A DNA stretch of 64,000 bases. Origin: Hypanus sabinus (Eukaryota). A program made the position numbers and the translations under genes. Shown in pieces: positions 11,777 to 23,979 of the stretch. Location of the stretch: the NCBI RefSeq assembly GCF_030144855.1, contig NC_082708.1, positions 54,436,001 to 54,500,000 of the forward strand, given 5' to 3'. Position 1 is the stretch's first letter, and each line of letters begins with the position of its first letter. The notes under the pieces are model-generated. The model saw only the letters and a list, made by a program, of their open reading frames with translations. It was not told where the DNA came from and ran no database searches.

Positions 11777-13845
11777 ATGCCATAGCCTCTGCACTCCACT
11801 ACCTCTGGTTTCACCTGCAGAATGGTGCTTCATATGCCATGATGCTGTTTATCGACTTCAGTTTGGCACTTAATATGATCATCCCTCAGAAGCTGGTGAG
11901 TAGATTTTCTTTGCTGGGTCTCAAAACCTCCGTCTGTAACTGGATCCTGGACTTCTTGACAGAAAGGCAGAATCCAGTGACTGTACCATGTTGGCAGAAA
12001 CATCTTTAGCTCCATCATGCTGAAAAATGGCAACCACCCCCCCCCTCCCCCAGGCTGCAGGCACAGCCACTGCTAGACACACAGCCCTGGCGGGCGCTGG
12101 TGCATTACTGCATTGCTAGATCCAGTTCAAACCAAATCATCAAGTTCACTGATGACACACAATGTTTGGCTTCATCCACAGTGACGATGAGATGGAGCAC
12201 AGACAGGAGGTACAGACAGTGGCAGAATGGTGCAAACACAACAACTTGAGTCTCAACATGGACAAAGCCAAAGAGATGAGTGTGGACTTTAGGAAGGTGC
12301 AGGCTGACATCTCCTCACTGCATGTACATGGCTCAGGGAACAAGTTAGGAGCACCAAGTTTCTCGGAGTGCACATCATGACGATCTCACCTGGCCCCTCA
12401 CCACCACCTCTTTGGTCAAGAAAGCACAGCAACACCTCCACTTCCTGGGGAGATTGGGGCAAATGAGTCTCTCCCCATCCACTCCTTTACCAACCACTTT
12501 TTTCCAAGAGCAGCATTGGAACTCTCCTGACCAGCTGGTACAGGAATTGCAAGGCATCTGACTGCAAGTCCCTTTGTGAGGACTGCTGAGAGGATCATCA
12601 GGGTCTCTCTTCCATCCATTAGAGAGATTTATCAGGAGTGTTGCGTACACAGGGCCCTTAGCATAGTCAATGATCCCTCCACTCATTCAACAACCTCTTT
12701 GATCCCCTACCATCAGGCAGGAGCTACTATAGCATTAGCACAAGGATCGTTAGGTGGGTAACAACTTCATCTCCAATGCTGTAAGACTACTGAACTCCCT
12801 GCCACCACCCAGTACCAGTAGGATTATACCGTTTATTTTTTAACTTGTGTTGCAAATTTCCCTTCTGGTTTAAGGTGATGCTACTGAAGATGGGCCACAG
12901 CTTACTGGTGGTTCATAAAGCAATGGAAATACAACTAATACTTCATTAATAACACATTTTCTGTGAAAATTGTGGTAAACTATCACCACAAACAGTGAAG
13001 AGGCAGGCGAAGGTGAGGCAAGTGAAGGGTGGAGGTGTGCGGGTGTGATTCAAATCAGAGTGAAGTCAAGCCACGTTTGAGGAGAAGTGATGAGGCATGT
13101 TTAAGATGGTATCAGAGTCAGAGATGGAGTTGGAGTGAGCAGAGGAGTCTCGGAGCCCGTCCACCTAATCCGAGTGTGAGGTTGGATCGATCTAAGTGGG
13201 AAAGTCAGCTACGGGCCAGAATGTGGCAGCGAGGTCCAGGCCCAGAGCGTATCGATGCAGCAGGGCCCAGGTCCTAGAATGGGGGCGTCCCAGAGCTTGG
13301 ACAATTTAAATGCCAGACCAGATGTAGTGAAAAGGCAGGGTGTCGGGACTGGAGGTGAGAGTTGGCCCGGTTCTGCTCGCTGCTTCATGATGTTTACTCT
13401 GCTCTCTGTGGCACTGAGGCTTTGTCCCGCTCTGTGATGATTTGCCTCACTGTGTGATGTACTGAGGCTGAGGCTGAGGCTTCACCATCTCCTCCAGACT
13501 TTGGGTCTGTGGACTCACTTTCATTCCGAAAGCTGTTGCTTGCTTTTATTGTTTTCTCTCTCCCTCTCTGTGCATTGGTTGTTGGTCTATTTTTTAATTG
13601 GGTTCTTTGGGGTTTCTTCTTTCCTGGCTCTCTGTAAGCAGACAAATCTCAAGGTTGTATAATTTATATGTATTTGATAATAAATGTACTTTAAAATGCA
13701 CCTTATTATATGTTAATTTACTAGTGGTAGCATTACTGTATGTATATGAGTGACATGTACTGTGTTGTGAACCTTGGTCCAGAGGAACATTGTTTCATTT
13801 GGCAGTTTACGCGTGTACAGTTGATTGACAATAAGCTTGAATTTA
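11777..13845 (+). mobile_element. 5'-truncated Rex1/Babar LINE with 3' UTR
   Basis: DDAIASALH..MLFIDFSLALN..CNWILDFLTER; KFTDDT; TAERIIRVSLPSI; tail caataagcttgaattt; 9-bp TSD with one mismatch (11768-11776 / 13846-13854). Confidence 0.85.
12860..13695 (+). mobile_element. Non-autonomous element with Rex1-type 3' tail, inserted in the Rex1 3' UTR
   Basis: GC-rich non-coding body ending aatctcaaggttgtata..tttgataataaatgtacttt, the tail type also seen at 17870-17940 and (minus) 28558, 54470. Confidence 0.55.
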
Positions 13846-13888
13846 AACCCGATGCACGAACCTTGATTTCTCTAACCTGGTCATTTTT

Positions 13889-14343
13889 TGTCACAGTCCG
13901 GTCCGTTGACTCTTCATTTCTGTTAATTTCCTTTTCCTTGTGTTATACCGGGCTTCTTGATTAAGACACCTGATTCTCATCAGAACCAGCAACATAAAAA
14001 CTCCGGCTAACATCTACTCAGGGCTGGGCCGTCACCTCAGCCAGTGTGGTAATGCACGTTACGGGCCGCCAAGAAGAGTGGACTCCAAGTTGCTTCGGTG
14101 CCTGGGGTTGCTTTGGGAACTCTGTAGTTTTCGTGTCCAGCTGAATTTTGCCGGCCGTTTGCCGCTACTCCGAGTCGAGATACGGATTGTCTGTCATTGT
14201 TTGGTTTTGTCGTCCCATGTCCAAGTCCCGGGTCCGGGCTCCTCCTGTGTGTTGACCAATGTTCACATCTGTGTAAGTATCCCACTTGATCGCCGTGACT
14301 GTGTCCTGCACTTGGGTCCACTTCCCAGTCGCTCATTGCAACA
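13889..14343 (+). mobile_element. Solo LTR-like insertion (455 bp)
   Basis: TGTCAC..GCAACA termini; 5-bp TSD ttttt / tcttt (one mismatch); splits the Penelope remnant. Confidence 0.65.
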
Positions 14344-14735
14344 TCTTTCTTCCTCCCTTTTCTCTTTTCTTCCATTCCTCATTCTGGCTCCCCTCTTATC
14401 TGTTCTCTTCTCCTCACTTACCTATTATATCACCCTGGTCCCCCTCTTCCTTACATTTCTCCCATGGTTCACTCTCCTCTCCTATCAGATTCCTTCTTCT
14501 TCAGTCCTTTACCTTTTCCACCAATCACCTCCCAAATTCTCACTTCATCGCCCTCTCTCTTCCCACTCACCTGGCTTCACCTATCACCTTCTATCTTATA
14601 CTCCTCCCACTCCCCGATCTTCTTCCCCATTCCTTTCCAAAAAAGGTCTTGGCCCAAAACATCAACCGTTTATTCTTTTCCACAGATGCTCTCTGACCTG
14701 CTGAGTTCCACCACCATTTTGTATGTGGTACTTCA
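14344..14735 (+). mobile_element. Penelope-like element pyrimidine-rich 3' region with degenerate hammerhead
   Basis: aaggtcttggcccaaaacatcaac..cacagatgct..gacctgctgagttccaccaccattttg matches the short copies at 18217, 29310 and 35337. Confidence 0.7.
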
Positions 14736-14849
14736 ATCCAACAGGCCTGTTCTGTGCTGTATGGCTCTATGGCTTTTTGGAGATATTAATCTGAGATTCC
14801 AGTCACGTACTGTATTCATTTTGCCATTCAGATAAGAATTGCAGGCTTT

Positions 14850-15055
14850 TAGAGTCGAGTATTGATGCATGGAAATAGGTCCTAAGACCCATTTGTCCAT
14901 GCTCACCTGTCTATCTGAGCCAGTCCTATTTATCTCTGTTCAAGCCATATTCCCCCTCCTTTTCAATCCACATACTGATTCAAATGTCCTTTAAACTGCA
15001 TTTGCATCCACCTCGACCACTTCTGGCAGCTTGTTCCTTACGTCCTCCATCTTTT
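14850..15055 (-). mobile_element. CR1 3' end
   Basis: catccacctcgaccacttctggcagcttgttcc (N.LPEVVEVD on minus); catggaaataggtcc tail. Confidence 0.65.
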
Positions 15056-15084
15056 GTATGGGAAAAGCTACCACTTCAGTTCCT

Positions 15085-16140
15085 TGAATGAGTTTTTTGA
15101 GGAGATGATAAAGGTGATTGATATTTGGTGTTGTCGATGTGGATATTTGTATGCATTTAACAAAATCCATCATGGTAGGCTGACCGATAAGCTTAAGATG
15201 CATGGGATTGACAGTTACTTGGTAGTTCCATGCCTCCTTCAGAACTGGTTTTTCCATAGAAGACTGAGCATAGTGACGGAACAGTTCATTCTGACCAGTG
15301 GTGTTTCTCAGGTATCGGTGGAAGGGACTCTGTGGTTGGTGATGTTTATAAATACCTTGAATGAAGATGTAGAAGGGTAGATAAATAAATTTGCAGATGA
15401 CACAAAGACTGGTGGAATTGTGGACTGTGTAGAGGCTTGCCAAAGGATACAACAAAATGTAGGTTAGTTACAGATATGGGCAGAGAAATGGCAGAATCCA
15501 GGGAAGTGTGAAGTGCTGCACATCAGGAGGTCTAACACAAGGGTGAAATATACGGTTAGTAACAGGACCCCTAACGGCATTGATGTACAGAGGGATCTTG
15601 GGGTCCTTAAAAGTAGCCACAGGGTGGTAGAGGCGTCTTGAGCTTCATTGGTTGGGGCATTGAGTATAAAAGTCCTGTGGCAGCCATATAAAACAATGTT
15701 TAGGCTGCACTTGGAGGGTTAGGATGTGCAATTCTATTAGGACTGGAAACTGTGGAGAGGGTGCAGAAGGGGTTTACTGGGATGCTGCCTGAATTAGAGG
15801 GAATGAGGTTACACACACAAAACGCTGGTGGAACGCAGCAGGCCAGGCAGCATCTATAGGGAGAAGTACAGTCGCCGCTTCGGGCCGAGACCCTTCGTCC
15901 TAATGCTGGTATTACACCAGAACTTTGTGTGTCTTGCTTGAGTTTCTGGCGTCTGCAGATTTCCTTGTGCTTGGGAATGAGGTTAGACAACTTTGGTTGC
16001 TTCCTCTGGGACATCATAGGCTGAAGGGGGAACGGACAGAAGTTGAAGCAGGTAGGCCAGTGGTATTTAAATGGCTGTTAGTGAGACACATCAATTTGCA
16101 AGGAATGGTGGGATATCAATTGTGCACTTGGAGAAGAGAC
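15085..16140 (+). mobile_element. CR1 LINE RT fragment
   Basis: EFFEEMIKVID, AFNKIHHGRL, TSGVSQ, KFADDTK (aaatttgcagatgacacaaag), VERVQKGFTGMLP. Confidence 0.85.
15812..15972. mobile_element. Short Penelope-derived foldback element with hammerhead remnant
   Basis: 13-bp TSD gggaatgaggtta (15799-15811 / 15973-15985); minus strand gacgaagggtctcggcccgaagcggcgactgt. Confidence 0.8.
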
Positions 16141-16396
16141 TTCTGATTTTTCACACCATTCTCTGTAAACTCCAGAGACTGCTGTACATGAAAATCCTAG
16201 ATATTAGCAGTTTCTGAGATATTCAAACCATCCAGGCTGGCATCAACAATCATTCCATGGCCGAACTCACTTAGATCACATTTCTTCCCAATGTCTGCAT
16301 GCCCTTGTGCATTGGGTTACTGCCACATGCCTGGCTGACTAGATAATTACATTAACGATCAGGCATATAGGTATACCTAATAAAGTGGCCACTGAA
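16140..16396 (-). mobile_element. Tc1-derived fragment
   Basis: Matches 3700-3985; ends tacctaataaagtggccactga. Confidence 0.85.
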
Positions 16397-16399
16397 AGT

Positions 16400-17525
16400 C
16401 TATTCCATGTTCCCTTTTAAATCTTTCCCCTCTTGCTACCAATCTATGTACCCTGAGAAAGAGTCTGTGATAATGCATTTTATTTATGGCCCTCATGATT
16501 TTACATACCTCGATAAGGTCACCCCTCTGCCTCTGAGGCTCCAGGGAAAATAGTCTCAGCCTACCCAGTCTTTCTTAATAATACAAACCCTTCAGTTTCA
16601 GTAAAATGCACATAGATTTCTTCTGCACCCTTTCCAGCTTTATGATATCCTTCATAGAGCTGAAAGACCAGAACTCTAAATGTGTTCTCATCAATGACTT
16701 GCACTGACATTCCCGTTGCCCTGACCTTTGAAGGTAAGCATGCCACATGCTTTCTTCACCATCCTATCTCCCTGTCTTGTTACTCTCAGCTAATTATGAA
16801 CCAGTACTCCTAAGTCTCTCTGTTGTTCAACACTCTCCATTTACTGTATAAGTCATGCTCTTGTTAAAGCTGCCAAAATGCAACACATTGCACTTGTCTG
16901 AGTTAAATTCCATTTGCTATTCTTTGGCTCATTTCATCAGTTTCTCTGAATCTGTAGTAACTTGAAATAACCCTCTTCACTGTCCACTAAGCCACCAGTT
17001 TTTATGCTATCCACAAATTTATTAACTACTTTAACAATGTAAATGTCCAAATCATTAATATAGACAATGAACAACAGTGGACCCAGCACTGATCCCAATG
17101 GCACATTACTGGCCACAGGCCTTCAGTTTGAATAACACTTACCCACTACCACCCCCTGTCTCCTTTTCACCAAACAAATTTTGTATCCATTTGCTCTGCT
17201 TGCTCTTGATCCCTTCTGATCGAACCTTCCAGACTAGCCTACCATACAGGATCTTGTCAAATGCCTTTTGAAAATCCATTTAGATGTTATCTACCACACT
17301 GCTGTTGTCAATTTTCTTGGTCAAGAAACTCTATCAAATATATGAGACATGATTTCTCACATAAAAAGCCATGTTGACTATCCCAAATCAGTCATTGCCA
17401 TTTCAAATGTTGGTAGATCCTGTCCCTCACAATCCATTCTGGTTTCATTCCCACCACTAACAGGCCTGTAATACCCCGGCTTGTCCTTGCAGCCATTCTT
17501 AAATAAAGACACAAGTTTGCTAGCC
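16400..17525 (-). mobile_element. CR1 LINE RT fragment (decayed)
   Basis: Minus strand gattttcaaaaggcatttgacaagat (DFQKAFDK), gggatcagtgctgggtccactgttgttc (GSVLGPLLF). Confidence 0.8.
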
Positions 17526-17527
17526 TG

Positions 17528-17942
17528 CACCATTGGGCAGGAGGTACAGGAGTCTTAGGTCCTATACCACCATGTTCAGAAATAGTTATTGCTCTACAGC
17601 CAGTGTGGATAACTTCACTCACCTCAACAATGAACTGACTTCACAACCAATAAACTCACTTTTAAAGACTTTACAACTCAGTATTATCGATTCCCTTTTT
17701 TCATTTAGTCTTTGCACCATCAGAATCAGGTTTATTATCAACAGCATGTGTCATAAAATTTGTTACTCATCCTCTTTTGCACATTGGATGCTTGCCAGTC
17801 TTGATTAAGTTTAGCTTTTCGTAAATTCTATTGTATTTTTTTATTTTCCTGTAAATGCATGCAAGAAAATGAGTCTTAAGGTAGTTTATGGTGACATAGT
17901 GTATATGTACTTTAACAATAAATTTACTTTGAACTTTGAATT
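17528..17942 (+). mobile_element. Rex1/Babar 3' end and UTR
   Basis: GRRYRSLRSYTTMFRNSY; tail aataaatttactttgaactttgaa. Confidence 0.75.
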
Positions 17943-18216
17943 ATGATCCTCCAGTCTTCAAGTATCTCTCCCGTGCTTAAAGATTATGAAAGGTGGTGTG
18001 GAATAGACACGATGGGTTGAATGGCCTGATTCTATCCCTGTGTCTTGCAGGGTATCTCTACCTCTGCAATTTCTTCATTAACTTTCTACAATGTCCTGAG
18101 GTACACTTAACCAGAGCCGGTGATTTATCCACATTAATATGTCAATTTTCCCATTGTTCTGCCTCAGACAGCGCCTTTGCAAACAGATTAACTGGCAAAT
18201 GGCTATTAATTTCATT

Positions 18217-18374
18217 TGGCCAGGCAGCATCTACGGGAAAGAGTCCTGACGAAGGGTCTCGGCCCAAAATGTTAGCTGTTTACTCTTTTCCATAGATGTT
18301 GCCTGGCCTGCTGAGTTCCTCCAGCATTTTGTGTGTGTTGCTTTCCAGCATCTGCAGATTTTCTCATGCTTGTC
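18217..18374 (+). mobile_element. Short Penelope-derived foldback element with hammerhead remnant
   Basis: 12-bp TSD attaatttcatt (18205-18216 / 18375-18386); ctgacgaagggtctcggccc at 18246; 27-nt inverted arms. Confidence 0.85.
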
Positions 18375-18464
18375 ATTAATTTCATTCATTTTACATGCGA
18401 CATTGCTTTGTGTTGATTGCATGCTGTGTTTATCTGCAATATAGAACTCTTTGAAAGACTTTAG

Positions 18465-19270
18465 CTTCAGAATCAGATTTATTATCACTGACATATATCT
18501 TGAATGTTTTTGTCTTATGGCAGCAGTACAGTGCTAATCGTAACAATTACTCTAAGTTACACCAATAAACAATTATGCAGAAGACAAATAATGAGGTAGT
18601 GTTCATGGATTCATGGACCATTTAGAAATCTAATGTTCAATAGTTTCATTTAATATAGAAACATAGAAACAAACATAGAAAATAGGTGCAGGAGTAGACC
18701 ATTCGGCCCTTCAAGACTGCACTGCCATTCAGTATGATCATGGCTGATCATCCAACTCAGAACCCTGTACCTGCTTTCTCTCCATACACCCGATCCCTTT
18801 AGCCACAAGGGCCATATCTAACTTTATATCTAAGAAATGTACACAATACACATCCTGAAATTCTTATTCTTCACAGAGATCCACAAAATCAGAAGAGTTT
18901 CCCAAAGAATGAATGATAGTTAAAACGTTAGATCCTCAAAGCCCCCTTACTGCCCCTCCCATGCACAAGCAACAGCAAAGCAATGACCCCTACCGTCTTC
19001 CACAAAAAATCATCAGCAGTCTCCACCCACCAAGCCCCCAAGGGAGACCACGATCTGCAGTACAACACAAAGTAATCATTCACCCGACAACTTGACATAC
19101 CACAGGCTCTCTCTCTCCCCCTAATAAAGGGAAAAAGAGGTATCCCCTTTCAGAGCGAGAGGAGAGGCATAAAACAACTTGCTGATGTATGGTGTTAAAC
19201 TCTGTCACACCGCTTATTTTCCCCCAGTGCTCTGCCTGGAGAATCGGCAACAATCTCTCGCCCACTAATG
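18465..19270 (-). mobile_element. Stacked antisense 3' tails: Rex1-type tails plus a CR1 tip (18655-18825)
   Basis: cagaatcagatttattatcactgacat Rex1-type tail; (atagaaac)n CR1 octamer tail. Confidence 0.55.
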
Positions 19271-19274
19271 AGAG

Positions 19275-19858
19275 AGAGAGAGCGCTTTGGAGGAGTTGTT
19301 GCTTGAAGGAGTCATGCATTTCAGTGGTGAGTGACTGCCTTTGTCACTTTTATTGTAATTGCAAGACCCTCTTAGACTTTGTTAACGTGGAATGCTGCAA
19401 GTCCGCTTCAGGGATTTATTGGCTGACAGCAGGGAACTGCGAGGCTTTGGTCATAACAAGGATTATTAGGCCTCAAGCTGTGGTATCGCCTGCTTATAGC
19501 CACCGGGAGAGAGGCATCGAAACCGGTGCACTCCACCAGGGGGCAGTGTGGCGCAGCACCCAGCCTGGAGTCAGTGCTGTCCCCAAGTGTTCGCTCAGCA
19601 GAAGCCAAGTTGTATTATGGTTGACTGCAGATTTCTGTGGCATTCATGTACTCAGGCTCCAGACTATTGTTCTTTATGTGGCTGTATTTTACTGATATCC
19701 CGCATGTGCTTGCTATCTTGTACGCTTTATGTGTGCTTTGTGCTGTGTGACTGTTAGTACTGTGTTTTGCAGCTTGGCCCCAGAGTAACGCTGTCTCATT
19801 TCACTGTAATCATGGGTGTTCATGTATGGTTGAATGACAATTAAACTTGAATTGAATT
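19275..19858 (+). mobile_element. Non-autonomous element with Rex1-type tail
   Basis: 3' part resembles the Rex1 UTR at 13750-13845; ends caattaaacttgaattgaatt. Confidence 0.5.
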
Positions 19859-19859
19859 A

Positions 19860-21930
19860 TTACCAATCCACACTGACTGTGATCTCCTGATAAAGAAGTC
19901 GAGGATCTAGTTCAGGAGGAGGTACAGAGGCCCAAGTTTTGAAGCTTGTTGATAAGAACTGAGGGGATGAAGGTGTTTTAGTATTACAATGGAGTAAAGG
20001 GAAAAGAGGATACATCCCAAAGATGAAGTATTTGAAAGGGAGGATGAGACAACCGCGTCTGACAAGGGAAGTCGAAGACAGCATAAAAGCAGAAGTGAGG
20101 GGATTGAATATAGCAAAAATTAGTGGGAAGATAGAAGATTGGGTAGCTTTTAAAAACCAACAGAAGGTATCTAAAAAAGCCATAAAGTGAAAAACAGGAT
20201 GAAATATGAAGGGAGCTAGCCAATAGTACAAAAGAAGATAAGATGTTTTTTCAGATATATAAGGAGTAAAGAAGTAACAAGAGTGGATATTGGACTACTG
20301 GAAAATGATGCTGGAGCAGTAGTAATGGGGGATAAAGAAATGGCGGAAGAACCTAATAAGCATTTTACAACAGTCTTCACGGAGGAAGACACTAGCAGAA
20401 TACCAGAAATACTTGAGTGTCATGGGGCAGAAGTGAGTACAGATGCTATTGCTAAGGAGAAGGTGTTTCGGAAGCTGAAAGGTCTGAAAGTAGGTAAGTC
20501 ACCAAGACCAGATAGACTACATCCTAGGGTTCTGAAAGAGGTAGCTGAAGAGATTGTGGAGGCATTAGTAAGATCATTCAATAATCACTAGATTCTGGAA
20601 TGGCTCCTGAGGATTGGAAAATTGCAAATGTCGCTGCACGCCTTGAGAAGGGAAGGAAGCAGAAGAAAGGAAGTTATAGGCCAGTTGGCATAACTTTAGT
20701 GGATGGAAAGTTGTTGGAGTCTATGATAAAGGATCAAGTTTTGGGTACTTGGAAGCACGTGATAAAATAGCCCAAAGTCAGCATGGGTTTTCAAAATGCC
20801 TGACAAATCTGTTGGAATTATTTGGAGATATAACAGGGAGAAAAGATAAAAGAGAGTCAGTGGATGTTGTTTATTTAGGTTTTCAGAAGGCCTTTGATAA
20901 GGTGTCATACATGAGGCTGCTTAACAAAATAAGAGCCAATGGTACCAGCATGGATGGAAGATTGAGTGATTGGCAGGAGGTAAAGTGTGGGAATAAAGGA
21001 GGCCTTTTCTGGTTGGCTGCCAGTGACTAGTGGTGTATCACATAGATGAAGAGGTTGATGGCATTGTGGCTATGTTTGTGGATGATACAAAGATAGGTGG
21101 AGGACCAGGCAGTGTCGAGGAAGCAGGGTGTCTGCAGAAGGACTTACAGATCAGGGTAATGGGTAAAGAAGTTGCAGATGGACTGTAGTGTAGGGAAGTG
21201 CAGGGCCATGCACTTTGGCAGAAGGAATAAACGCATGGACTAGAGAGAAAATTCAAAAATCAGTGATGCAGGGAGACTTGGGAGTCCTTGTGCAGGATTC
21301 TCTAAAGATTAACTTCCAGGATGGGCCAGCTGTAAGGAAGGCAAATACAAGGTTAACATTCATTTTGAGAGGACTAGAATATAAAAGTAAGATGTGATGC
21401 CGAGGCTTTATAAGGCATTGGTCAGACCACACTTGGAGGATTGTGAGCAGTTTTAGGCCCCTTATCTAAGGAAAAATGTGGTGCTGTTGGAGAAGGTCCA
21501 GAGTGTTTGATGGCTTTGGGCCTGTACTCATTGAAGTTTGGATGAGGAGGGATCTCATTGAAACCTATTTAATATTGAAAGTTCTGGATAGAGTGGATTT
21601 GAAGAGGATGCCTCCTTTAGTGGGAGAGTCTAAGACCAGAAGGCACAGCCTCAGAACTGACAGGCATCTATCTAGAACAGAGATGAGGAAAAATTTCTTT
21701 AGCCAGAGTTCTTGAGATTCATTGCCACAGACGGCTGTGCAGCCAAGTCGTTGAGTATATTTAAGGCAGAGGTTGATAGCTTCTTGATTAATCATGCTGT
21801 CAAAGTTTACAGAGTGAAGACAGGGAAGGGCATTGAGAGGGACGATAGTTTAGCCATGATGGAGTGGTGGAGCAGACTTGATGGGCTGAATTCTTTACCT
21901 ATGCCTTATTGTTTTATGATCTTATGGTGG
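19860..21930 (+). mobile_element. 5'-truncated CR1 LINE (linker + RT + 3' UTR)
   Basis: KSPRPDRLHPRVLKEVAEEI; SQHGF; VDVVYLGFQKAFDKV; FVDDTK; colinear with 25730-28085. Confidence 0.9.
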
Positions 21931-21980
21931 TTGAAGCCCTTCAAATTTCAAAGTTCAAAGTAAATTTAATATTTAAAAAA

Positions 21981-21981
<1 letters not shown>

Positions 21982-22021
<40 letters not shown>
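21982..22021. repeat. (TG)n(TA)n microsatellite inside an antisense Rex1-type tail (21945-22080)
   Basis: Seen directly. Confidence 0.9.
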
Positions 22022-22334
22022 CACCATATACAACCCTGAAATTCATTTTCTTGTGGGCATTCACAGTAAATACAAGAAATTCTTTAGGATATCCAAAGGA
22101 TATGAAAGATACCTTTCTTAATTAAGGCTGTTTTTCTTTCTCTCAGTGTAAATGCTATTGATAATCATAGGGAAAATATATTGGGAAAATGGAATACAGT
22201 AAAGGAAATTTGAAACAAGACAGTAAATGTGAGAAGTAATAGTGGGTGTGATCAAATCGATAATGAAAGACAAGTTCAACATCTTCAGTGAGAAAACTCA
22301 AATCCGGAGGTGACGAGGGCCTGTGAAGTTCACA

Positions 22335-23290
22335 ATCTGTGCAGATTGGTGATAACACATCCTCCTCGCTGATGATCAATACTGGTGCACCTCAGGGGTG
22401 TGTGCTTAGCCCACTGCTCTACTCTCTATATACCCATGAATATCATCTATAAATTTGCTGATAATACAACCACTGTTGGTAAAATCTCAGATGGAGATGA
22501 GAGAACGTACAACTAGTGGAGTGGCGTCACAGCAACAATCTTGCACTCAACGTCAGTTAGATGAAAGAGCTGATTGTAGACTTCAGGAAGGGTGAGACGA
22601 GGGAACACATACCAATCGTAATAGAGGGATCAGAAGTGGAGAGAGTGAGCAGCTTCAAGTTCCTGGGTGTCAAGGTCTCTGAAGACCCAATCTGGTCCCA
22701 AAATATTGCTGCAGCTACAATTAAGACGTGTCTAAACTTCATGAGGAGTTTGAAGAGATTTGGTATGTAAATAAAAACACTCATAAACTTCTATAGATGT
22801 ACTGTAGAGAGCATTCTGACAGGCTGAATCACTGTCTGGTATGGGGGGTGGGGGGCTACTGCACAGGACCAAAAGAAGCTGTAGAGGATTGTAAATTTAG
22901 TGGGCTCCATCTTGGGTAATAACCTACAAAGTACCCAGGACTTCCTGAAGAAGTAGTGTCTCAGAAAGACAGCGTCCATTATTAAGGATCCCCATCACCC
23001 CTTTTCTCACTGTTACCATTGCATAGGAGGTACAGGAGCCTGAAGGCACACACTCAGTGATTCAGGAACAGCTTCTTCCCCTCTGCCATCCAATTCCTAA
23101 ATGGGCATTGAACCCATGGACACTACCTCATTTTTAAAATATATATTATTTCTGTTTTGCATGATTTTTAACCTATATGTATATGGTATTTGATTTTTTT
23201 TTCTTCTATAGCATTGAACTGCTGCTGTTAAGTTAACAAATTTCACCACATGTGCTGGTGATAATAAACTAGATTCTGATCTGATTCTGA
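22335..23290 (+). mobile_element. 5'-truncated Rex1/Babar LINE
   Basis: NTGAPQGCVLSPLLYSLY; KFADN; KELIVDFRK; VSSFKFLG; (attctg)n tail. Confidence 0.9.
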
Positions 23291-23979
23291 TGGGTCTTGC
23301 AGTCAGGTTTACAAATGAGATGGAGTTTAAGTTTTTCTTTCATGTGTCATTTATGTTTTTATTTCCTGCAAATGCATTGAAAGAAAATCTCTGCTGGCGT
23401 GCAAGTTTTTAGTAATCTCCGTCATGCTCCTATGGTGCCAGTCACAGCAGCAAAAGAAGTCCAGCATTTTAAGCAAGTCAGAGGAATATAGAAGGCTTCT
23501 GCCTGCAGCATTCCTCCTTCTGATTATATCTGTTTCTTATTCCGTTGTACCATAAACAGACTCCCACACAAAATTATGCTGATCTAGGAGATGGATCAAA
23601 CCCAATCTGGAACATCATCTTGATGCAGCACAAGCTGTGATTTTGTCATTTCAGTGCTAAAGGAGGACTGCATTGTTGGAGGTATCGTATTTGAATGAAA
23701 AGTCAAACATCAGGGAGGAGGTACAGGAGCCTGAAGACACACACTCAATGTTTTAGTAACAAATTCTTTCCCTCCACCAACAGATTTCTGGTGGTCCATC
23801 CACCTATGAAAGCTACCTTCTTCTCATGCTTCCATCCATTAATCAGTGAACAGGAGCTTGAGAAGAAATGGCAATTTCACATAGGTCTGCAAATGAAAAA
23901 TTTTAAAGGCGGTGTTTTGTGGCATTTTTCAGAGTTAGACTGTACCCATTCAGTGAATGGGATTCATTAGGAAGGGCAA

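Noticed and set aside
14078-14835. Overlapping 123-208 aa hydrophobic or Ser/Pro-rich ORFs
   Set aside because: They arise from a pyrimidine-rich, stop-poor repeat region spanning an LTR/Penelope junction
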